From: Auanema rhodensis
Taxonomy: Eukaryota > Animalia > Nematoda
Direction: 5' to 3'
Assembly (NCBI GenBank): GCA_964057225.1
Contig: OZ059899.1
Location: 17,174,001-17,238,000 of the forward strand
Length of the DNA: 64,000 nucleotides
Position 1 is the first letter of the stretch. Every line of letters starts with the position of its first letter. The notes under the pieces were generated by a model. It was not told the DNA's origin. It did not search any database and worked only from the letters and a program-made list of their open reading frames with translations. Below are positions 1-10,040 of this stretch, piece after piece. A program made the translations under genes and the position numbers.

Positions 1-1295
1 CCTTTTTTCAAGGCAAAGACGATGGACAATGTTATTCAACGAAAAAATTAATTCTGCAGGGTGAAAATCGAGGATATAAGTGTGAACTTATATCAGTTGA
101 TATCTCGGTGAATTTTTAAGCTGGCGCAAATCTGATAACACAGATCGACGCAGCTTAAAAATCCGCATCGAATGCACTATACAACATTGAGAAACGCTTA
201 ATACAAAAATTAGTTATGATCTTTGAAAAAAGACGCATTAGTGTATGTTGAGTTTCCATGTACACTCAACATTGCTTCCAAAAACATTTTGACAAAAATT
301 TTTTCGAAAAATTTCAGAATAATTTCGCAAAAAGTAAATGTTTTTAGATTCCTTTTTTTAAGGCAAAGACGATGGACAATGTTATTCAACGGAAAAATTA
401 ATTCTGCAGGGTGAAAATCGAGGATATAAGTGTGAACTTATATCAGTTGATATCTCGGTGCATTTTTAAGCTAGCGCAAATCTGATAACACAGATCGACG
501 CAGCTTAAAAATCCGCATCGAATGCACTATACAACATTGAGAAACGCTTAATACAAAAATTAGTTATGATCGTTTGAAAAAAGATGCATTAGTGTATGTT
601 GAGTTTCCATGTACACTCAACATTGCTTCCAAAAACATTTTTACAAAAATTTTTCCGAAAAATTTCAAAATAATTTCGCAAAAAGTAGATGTTTTTAGAT
701 TTTTTTTCAAGGCAAAGACGATGGACAATGTTATTCAACGAAAAAATTAATTCTCCAGGGTGAAAATCGAGGATATAAGTGTGAACTTATATCAGTTGAT
801 ATCTCTGTGAATTTTTAAGCTAGCGCAAATCTGATAACACAGATCGACGCAGCTTAAAAATCCGCATCGAATGCACTATACAACATTGAGAAACGCTTAA
901 TACAAAAATTAGTTATGATCGTTTGAAAAATGATGCATTAGTGTATGTTGAGTTTCCATGTACACTCAACATTGCTTCCAAAAACATTTTTACAAAAATT
1001 TTTCCGAAAAATTTCGAAACAATTTCGCAAAAAGTAGATGTTTTTAGATTCCTTTTTTCAAGGCAAAGACGATGGACATTGTTATTCAACGAAAAAATTA
1101 ATTCTGCAGGGTGAAAATCGAGGATATAAGTGTGAACTTATATCAGTTGATATCTCGGTGAATTTTTAAGCTAGCGCAAATCTGATAACACAGATCGACG
1201 CAGCTTACAAATCCGCATCGAATGCACTATACAACATTGAGAAACGCTTAATACAAAAATTAGTTATGATCGTTTGAAAAAAGACGCATTAGTGT

Positions 1296-1323
1296 ATGTT
1301 GAGTTTCCATGTACACTCAACAT
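1296..1323. other. Inverted repeat 1 (representative copy): ATGTTGAGT-10 nt-ACTCAACAT
   Basis: Perfect 9-bp complementarity, 1296-1304 with 1315-1323; present in essentially every monomer. Confidence 0.9.
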
Positions 1324-1330
1324 TGCTTCC

Positions 1331-1396
1331 AAAAACATTTTGACAAAAATTTTTTCGAAAATTTTCAAAATAATTTCGCAAAAAGTAAATGTTTTT
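1331..1396. other. Inverted repeat 2 (representative): AAAAACATTT ... AAATGTTTTT enclosing the A/T-tract-rich variable segment
   Basis: 1331-1340 is complementary to 1387-1396 (8 bp in the agatg allele); low complexity, so weaker significance. Confidence 0.65.
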
Positions 1397-1473
1397 AGAT
1401 TCCTTTTTTCAAGGCAAAGACGATGGACAATGTTATTCAACGAAAAAATTAATTCTGCAGGGTGAAAATCGAG

Positions 1474-1495
1474 GATATAAGTGTGAACTTATATC
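1474..1495. other. Inverted repeat 3 (representative): GATATAAGT-GTGA-ACTTATATC
   Basis: Perfect 9-bp stem with a 4-nt loop; overlaps an alternative ATATCA-GT-TGATAT dyad (1491-1504). Confidence 0.9.
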
Positions 1496-1505
1496 AGTTG
1501 ATATC

Positions 1506-1572
1506 TCGGTGAATTTTTAAGCTAGCGCAAATCTGATAACACAGATCGACGCAGCTTAAAAATCCGCATCGA
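1506..1572. other. Inverted repeat 4 (representative): long interrupted hairpin
   Basis: ATTTTTAAGCT (1513-1523) pairs with AGCTTAAAAAT (1553-1563). Inner pairs are GCG/CGC and ATCTG-ATAACA-CAGAT (1531-1546). Outer TCGGTG/CATCGA has one G.T pair. Confidence 0.88.
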
Positions 1573-4500
1573 ATGCACTATACAACATTGAGAAACGCTT
1601 AATACAAAAATTAGTTATGATCGTTTGAAAAAAGACGCATTAGTGTATGTTGAGTTTCCATGTACACTCAACATTGCTTCCAAAAACATTTTGACAAAAA
1701 TTTTTTCGAAAAATTTCAGAATATTTTAGCAAAAAATAGTTGTTTTTAGATTCCTTTTTTCAAGGCAAAGACGATGGACAATGTTATTCAACGAAAAAAT
1801 TAATTCTCCAGGGTGAAAATCGAGGATATAAGTGTGAACTTATATCAGTTGATATCTCGGTGAATTTTTAAGCTAGCGCAAATCTGATAACACAGATCGA
1901 CGCAGCTTAAAAATCCGCATCGAATGCACTATACAACATTGAGAAACGCTTAATACAAAAATTAGTTATGATCGTTTGAAAAATGATGCATTAGTGTATG
2001 TTGAGTTTCCATGTACACTCAACATTGCTTCCAAAAACATTTTTACAAAAATTTTTCCGAAAAATTTCAAAATAATTTCGCAAAAAGTAGATGTTTTTAG
2101 ATTCCTTTTTTCAAGGCAAAGACGATGGACATTGTTATTCAACGAAAAAATTAATTCTGCAGGGTGAAAATCGAGGATATAAGTGTGAACTTATATCAGT
2201 TGATATCTCGGTGAATTTTTAAGCTAGCGCAAATCTGATAACACAGATCGACGCAGCTTAAAAATCCGCATCGAATGCACTATACAACATTGAGAAACGC
2301 TTAATACAAAAATTAGTTATGATCGTTTGAAAAAAGACGCATTAGTGTATGTTGAGTTTCCATGTACACTCAACATTGCTTCCAAAAACATTTTGACAAA
2401 AATTTTTTCGAAAATTTTCAAAATAATTTCGCAAAAAGTAAATGTTTTTAGATTCCTTTTTTCAAGGCAAAGACGATGGACAATGTTATTCAACGAAAAA
2501 ATTAATTCTGCAGGGTGAAAATCGAGGATATAAGTGTGAACTTATATCAGTTGATATCTCGGTGAATTTTTAAGCTAGCGCAAATCTGATAACACAGATC
2601 GACGCAGCTTAAAAATCCGCATCGAATGCACTATACAACATTGAGAAACGCTTAATACAAAAATTAGTTATGATCGTTTGAAAAAAGACGCATTAGTGTA
2701 TGTTGAGTTTCCATGTACACTCAACATTGCTTCCAAAAACATTTTTACAAAAATTTTTCCGAAAAATTTCAAAATAATTTCGCAAAAAGTAGATGTTTTT
2801 AGATTCCTTTTTTCAAGGCAAAGACGATGGACAATGTTATTCAACGAAAAAATTAATTCTGCAGGGTGAAAATCGAGGATATAAGTGTGAACTTATATCA
2901 GTTGATATCTCGGTGCATTTTTAAGCTAGCGCAAATCTGATAACACAGATCGACGCAGCTTAAAAATCCGCATCGAATGCACTATACAACATTGAGAAAC
3001 GCTTAATACAAAAATTAGTTATGATCGTTTGAAAAATGATGCATTAGTGTATGTTGAGTTTCCATGTACACTCAACATTGCTTCCAAAAACATTTTTACA
3101 AAAATTTTTCCGAAAAATTTCAAAATAATTTCGCAAAAAGTAGATGTTTTTAGATTCCTTTTTTCAAGGCAAAGACGATGGACAATGTTATTCAACGAAA
3201 AAATTAATTCTGCAGGGTGAAAATCGAGGATATAAGTGTGAACTTATATCAGTTGATATCTCGGTGAATTTTTAAGCTAGCGCAAATCTGATAACACAGA
3301 TCGACGCAGCTTAAAAATCCGCATCGAATGCACTATACAACATTGAGAAACGCTTAATACAAAAATTAGTTATGATCGTTTGAAAAAAGACGCATTAGTG
3401 TATGTTGAGTTTCCATGTACACTCAACATTGCTTCCAAAAACATTTTTACAAAAATTTTTCCGAAAAATTTCAAAATAATTTCGCAAAAAGTAGATGTTT
3501 TTAGATTTTTTTTCAAGGCAAAGACGATGGACAATGTTATTCAACGAAAAAATTAATTCTCCAGGGTGAAAATCGAGGATATAAGTGTGAACTTATATCA
3601 GTTGATATCTCGGTGAATTTTTAAGCTAGCGCAAATCTGATAACACAGATCGACGCAGCTTAAAAATCCGCATCGAATGCACTATACAACATTGAGAAAC
3701 GCTTAATACAAAAATTAGTTATGATCGTTTGAAAAAAGACGCATTAGTGTATGTTGAGTTTCCATGTACACTCAACATTGCTTCCAAAAACATTTTGACA
3801 AAAATTTTTTCGAAAATTTTCAAAATAATTTCGCAAAAAGTAAATGTTTTTAGATTCCTTTTTTCAAGGCAAAGACGATGGACAATGTTATTCAACGAAA
3901 AAATTAATTCTGCAGGGTGAAAATGGAGGATATAAGTGTGAACTTATATCAGTTGATATCTCGGTGAATGTTTAAGCTAGCGCAAATCTGATAACACAGA
4001 TCGACGCAGCTTAAAAATCCGCATCGAATGCACTATACAACATTGAGAAACGCTTAATACAAAAATTAGTTATGATCGTTTGAAAAAAGACGCATTAGTG
4101 TATGTTGAGTTTCCATGTACACTCAACATTGCTTCCAAAAACATTTTGACAAAAATTTTTTCGAAAAATTTCAGAATATTTTAGCAAAAAATAGTTGTTT
4201 TTAGATTCCTTTTTTCAACGCAAAGACGATGGACAATGTTATTCAACGAAAAAATTAATTCTGCAGGGTGAAAATCGAGGATATAAGTGTGAACTTATAT
4301 CAGTTGATATCTCGGTGAATTTTTAAGCTAGCGCAAATCTGATAACACAGATCGACGCAGCTTAAAAATCCGCATCGAATGCACTATACAACATTGAGAA
4401 ACGCTTAATACAAAAATTAGTTATGATCGTTTGAAAAATGATGCATTAGTGTATGTTGAGTTTCCATGTACACTCAACATTGCTTCCAAAAACATTTTTA

Positions 4501-4781
4501 CAAAAATTTTTCCGAAAAATTTCAAAATAATTTCGCAAAAAGTAGATGTTTTTAGATTCCTTTTTTCAAGGCAAAGACGATGGACAATGTTATTCAACGA
4601 AAAAATTAATTCTGCAGGGTGAAAATCGAGGATATAAGTGTGAACTTATATCAGTTGATATCTCGGTGAATTTTTAAGCTAGCGCAAATCTGATAACACA
4701 GATCGACGCAGCTTAAAAATCCGCATCGAATGCACTATACAACATTGAGAAACGCTAAATACAAAAATTAGTTATGATCGT

Positions 4782-6181
4782 TTGAAAAAAGACGCATTAG
4801 TGTATGTTGAGTTTCCATGTACACTCAACATTGCTTCCAAAAACATTTTGACAAAAATTTTTTCGAAAAATTTCAGAATATTTTAGCAAAAAATAGTTGT
4901 TTTTAGATTCCTTTTTTTAAGGCAAAGACGATGGACAATGTTATTCAACGAAAAAATTAATTCTGCAGGGTGAAAATCGAGGATATAAGTGTGAACTTAT
5001 ATCAGTTGATATCTCGGTGAATTTTTAAGCTAGCGCAAATCTGATAACACAGATCGACGCAGCTTAAAAATCCGCATCGAATGCCTTATACAACATTGAG
5101 AAACGCTTAATACAAAAATTAGTTATGATCGTTTGAAAAAAGACGCATTAGTGTATGTTGAGTTTCCATGTACACTCAACATTGCTTCCAAAAACATTTT
5201 TACAAAAATTTTTCCGAAAAATTTCAAAATAATTTCGCAAAAAGTAGATGTTTTTAGATTTTTTTTCAAGGCAAAGACGATGGACAATATTATTCAACGA
5301 AAAAATTAATTCTCCAGGGTGAAAATCGAGGATATAAGTGTGAACTTATATCAGTTGATATCTCGGTGAATTTTTAAGCTAGCGCAAATCTGATAACACA
5401 GATCGACGCAGCTTAAAAATCCGCATCGAATGCACTATACAACATTGAGAAACGCTTAATACAAAAATTAGTTATGATCGTTTGAAAAAAGACGCATTAG
5501 TGTATGTTGAGTTTCCATGTACACTCAACATTGCTTCCAAAAACATTTTGACAAAAATTTTTTCGAAAAATTTCAGAATATTTTAGCAAAAAATAGTTGT
5601 TTTTAGATTCCTTTTTTTAAGGCAAAGACGATGGACAATGTTATTCAACGAAAAAATTAATTCTGCAGGGTGAAAATCGAGGATATAAGTGTGAACTTAT
5701 ATCAGTTGATATCTCGGTGAATTTTTAAGCTAGCGCAAATCTGATAACACAGATCGACGCAGCTTAAAAATCCGCATCGAATGCCTTATACAACATTGAG
5801 AAACGCTTAATACAAAAATTAGTTATGATCGTTTGAAAAAAGACGCATTAGTGTATGTTGAGTTTCCATGTACACTCAACATTGCTTCCAAAAACATTTT
5901 TACAAAAATTTTTCCGAAAAATTTCAAAATAATTTCGCAAAAAGTAGATGTTTTTAGATTTTTTTTCAAGGCAAAGACGATGGACAATATTATTCAACGA
6001 AAAAATTAATTCTCCAGGGTGAAAATCGAGGATATAAGTGTGAACTTATATCAGTTGATATCTCGGTGAATTTTTAAGCTAGCGCAAATCTGATAACACA
6101 GATCGACGCAGCTTAAAAATCCGCATCGAATGCACTATACAACATTGAGAAACGCTTAATACAAAAATTAGTTATGATCGT
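4782..6181 (+). repeat. Tandem duplication of a 700-bp dimer (351+349)
   Basis: Private tggacaatAt at 5281 and 5981; ttttttTaagg and atgccTtata also repeat at offset 700. Confidence 0.9.
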
Positions 6182-6532
6182 TTGAAAAATGATGCATTAG
6201 TGTATGTTGAGTTTCCATGTACACTCAACATTGCTTCCAAAAACATTTTTACAAAAATTTTTCCGAAAAATTTCAAAATAATTTCGCAAAAAGTAGATGT
6301 TTTTAGATTCCTTTTTTCAAGGCAAAGACGATGGACATTGTTATTCAACGAAAAAATTAATTCTGCAGGGTGAAAATCGAGGATATAAGTGTGAACTTAT
6401 ATCAGTTGATATCTCGGTGAATTTTTAAGCTAGCGCAAATCTGATAACACAGATCGACGCAGCTTAAAAATCCGCATCGAATGCACTATACAACATTGAG
6501 AAACGCTTAATACAAAAATTAGTTATGATCGT

Positions 6533-9500
6533 TTGAAAAATGATGCATTAGTGTATGTTGAGTTTCCATGTACACTCAACATTGCTTCCAAAAACATTTT
6601 TACAAAAATTTTTCCGAAAAATTTCGAAACAATTTCGCAAAAAGTAGATGTTTTTAGATTCCTTTTTTCAAGGCAAAGACGATGGACATTGTTATTCAAC
6701 GAAAAAATTAATTCTGCAGGGTGAAAATCGAGGATATAAGTGTGAACTTATATCAGTTGATATCTCGGTGAATTTTTAAGCTAGCGCAAATCTGATAACA
6801 CAGATCGACGCAGCTTACAAATCCGCATCGAATGCACTATACAACATTGAGAAACGCATAATACAAAAATTAGTTATGATCGTTTGAAAAAAGACGCATT
6901 AGTGTATGTTGAGTTTCCATGTACACTCAACATTGCTTCCAAAAACATTTTGACAAAAATTTTTTCGAAAATTTTCAAAATAATTTCGCAAAAAGTAAAT
7001 GTTTTTAGATTCCTTTTTTCAAGGCAAAGACGATGGACAATGTTATTCAACGAAAAAATTAATTCTGCAGGGTGAAAATCGAGGATATAAGTGTGAACTT
7101 ATATCAGTTGATATCTCGGTGAATTTTTAAGCTAGCGCAAATCTGATAACACAGATCGACGCAGCTTAAAAATCCGCATCGAATGCACTATACAACATTG
7201 AGAAACGCTTAATACAAAAATTAGTTATGATCGTTTGAAAAAAGACGCATTAGTGTATGTTGAGTTTCCATGTACACTCAACATTGCTTCCAAAAACATT
7301 TTGACAAAAATTTTTTCGAAAAATTTCAGAATATTTTAGCAAAAAATAGTTGTTTTTAGATTCCTTTTTTCAAGGCAAAGACGATGGACAATGTTATTCA
7401 ACGAAAAAATTAATTCTCCAGGGTGAAAATCGAGGATATAAGTGTGAACTTATATCAGTTGATATCTCGGTGAATTTTTAAGCTAGCGCAAATCTGATAA
7501 CACAGATCGACGCAGCTTAAAAATCCGCATCGAATGCACTATACAACATTGAGAAACGCTTAATACAAAAATTAGTTATGATCGTTTGAAAAATGATGCA
7601 TTAGTGTATGTTGAGTTTCCATGTACACTCAACATTGCTTCCAAAAACATTTTTACAAAAATTTTTCCGAAAAATTTCAAAATAATTTCGCAAAAAGTAG
7701 ATGTTTTTAGATTCCTTTTTTCAAGGCAAAGACGATGGACATTGTTATTCAACGAAAAAATTAATTCTGCAGGGTGAAAATCGAGGATATAAGTGTGAAC
7801 TTATATCAGTTGATATCTCGGTGAATTTTTAAGCTAGCGCAAATCTGATAACACAGATCGACGCAGCTTAAAAATCCGCATCGAATGCACTATACAACAT
7901 TGAGAAACGCTTAATACAAAAATTAGTTATGATCGTTTGAAAAAAGACGCATTAGTGTATGTTGAGTTTCCATGTACACTCAACATTGCTTCCAAAAACA
8001 TTTTGACAAAAATTTTTTCGAAAATTTTCAAAATAATTTCGCAAAAAGTAAATGTTTTTAGATTCCTTTTTTCAAGGCAAAGACGATGGACAATGTTATT
8101 CAACGAAAAAATTAATTCTGCAGGGTGAAAATCGAGGATATAAGTGTGAACTTATATCAGTTGATATCTCGGTGAATTTTTAAGCTAGCGCAAATCTGAT
8201 AACACAGATCGACGCAGCTTAAAAATCCGCATCGAATGCACTATACAACATTGAGAAACGCTTAATACAAAAATTAGTTATGATCGTTTGAAAAAAGACG
8301 CATTAGTGTATGTTGAGTTTCCATGTACACTCAACATTGCTTCCAAAAACATTTTTACAAAAATTTTTCCGAAAAATTTCAAAATAATTTCGCAAAAAGT
8401 AGATGTTTTTAGATTCCTTTTTTCAAGGCAAAGACGATGGACAATGTTATTCAACGAAAAAATTAATTCTGCAGGGTGAAAATCGAGGATATAAGTGTGA
8501 ACTTATATCAGTTGATATCTCGGTGCATTTTTAAGCTAGCGCAAATCTGATAACACAGATCGACGCAGCTTAAAAATCCGCATCGAATGCACTATACAAC
8601 ATTGAGAAACGCTTAATACAAAAATTAGTTATGATCGTTTGAAAAATGATGCATTAGTGTATGTTGAGTTTCCATGTACACTCAACATTGCTTCCAAAAA
8701 CATTTTTACAAAAATTTTTCCGAAAAATTTCAAAATAATTTCGCAAAAAGTAGATGTTTTTAGATTCCTTTTTTCAAGGCAAAGACGATGGACAATGTTA
8801 TTCAACGAAAAAATTAATTCTGCAGGGTGAAAATCGAGGATATAAGTGTGAACTTATATCAGTTGATATCTCGGTGAATTTTTAAGCTAGCGCAAATCTG
8901 ATAACACAGATCGACGCAGCTTAAAAATCCGCATCGAATGCACTATACAACATTGAGAAACGCTTAATACAAAAATTAGTTATGATCGTTTGAAAAAAGA
9001 CGCATTAGTGTATGTTGAGTTTCCATGTACACTCAACATTGCTTCCAAAAACATTTTTACAAAAATTTTTCCGAAAAATTTCAAAATAATTTCGCAAAAA
9101 GTAGATGTTTTTAGATTTTTTTTCAAGGCAAAGACGATGGACAATGTTATTCAACGAAAAAATTAATTCTCCAGGGTGAAAATCGAGGATATAAGTGTGA
9201 ACTTATATCAGTTGATATCTCGGTGAATTTTTAAGCTAGCGCAAATCTGATAACACAGATCGACGCAGCTTAAAAATCCGCATCGAATGCACTATACAAC
9301 ATTGAGAAACGCTTAATACAAAAATTAGTTATGATCGTTTGAAAAAAGACGCATTAGTGTATGTTGAGTTTCCATGTACACTCAACATTGCTTCCAAAAA
9401 CATTTTGACAAAAATTTTTTCGAAAATTTTCAAAATAATTTCGCAAAAAGTAAATGTTTTTAGATTCCTTTTTTCAAGGCAAAGACGATGGACAATGTTA

Positions 9501-10040
9501 TTCAACGAAAAAATTAATTCTGCAGGGTGAAAATGGAGGATATAAGTGTGAACTTATATCAGTTGATATCTCGGTGAATTTTTAAGCTAGCGCAAATCTG
9601 ATAACACAGATCGACGCAGCTTAAAAATCCGCATCGAATGCACTATACAACATTGAGAAACGCTTAATACAAAAATTAGTTATGATCGTTTGAAAAAAGA
9701 CGCATTAGTGTATGTTGAGTTTCCATGTACACTCAACATTGCTTCCAAAAACATTTTGACAAAAATTTTTTCGAAAAATTTCAGAATATTTTAGCAAAAA
9801 ATAGTTGTTTTTAGATTCCTTTTTTCAACGCAAAGACGATGGACAATGTTATTCAACGAAAAAATTAATTCTGCAGGGTGAAAATCGAGGATATAAGTGT
9901 GAACTTATATCAGTTGATATCTCGGTGAATTTTTAAGCTAGCGCAAATCTGATAACACAGATCGACGCAGCTTAAAAATCCGCATCGAATGCACTATACA
10001 ACATTGAGAAACGCTTAATACAAAAATTAGTTATGATCGT
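6533..10040 (+). repeat. 10-monomer block, copy 2
   Basis: Matches 923-4430. Differences noticed: gaaacgcAta (6851 vs 1241) and gaatTtttaag versus gaatGtttaag (9571 vs 3961). Confidence 0.9.

Larger units (their letters stand above)
923..4430 (+). repeat. 10-monomer block, copy 1 (copy 2 at 6533-10040, offset 5610 bp = 16 monomers)
   Basis: Same order of monomer variants in the ORF track; private marker aaatGgagga at 3921 and 9531. Confidence 0.9.

Noticed and set aside
1374-1392. CENP-B box (TTCG....A..CGGG)
   Set aside because: TTCG and A are present but CGGG is absent.
1474-1572. Hairpins as intrinsic terminators, or tataag as a promoter
   Set aside because: Stems are AT-rich with no following U-tract and no gene context; such motifs are expected by chance at 68% AT.
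1533-1600. Hammerhead ribozyme as in newt, schistosome or cave-cricket satellites (CTGATAA ... GAAA)
   Set aside because: The core needs CUGANGA; here it is CUGAUAA (minus strand CUGAUAU), and no stem II links it to a GAAA. An Infernal/Rfam search would settle it.
1261-1611. Tandem RNA gene array (5S rRNA, tRNA, spliced-leader or snRNA)
   Set aside because: No recognisable conserved sequence, cloverleaf or A/B boxes on either strand.
1444-1632. Monomer as an ancient dimer of ~175-bp subunits (aaaaattaattctgcagggtgaaaa versus aaaaattagttatgatcgtttgaaaa)
   Set aside because: Similarity is short and A/T-driven, spacing is 162/189 bp, and it does not extend; needs a self-alignment significance test.
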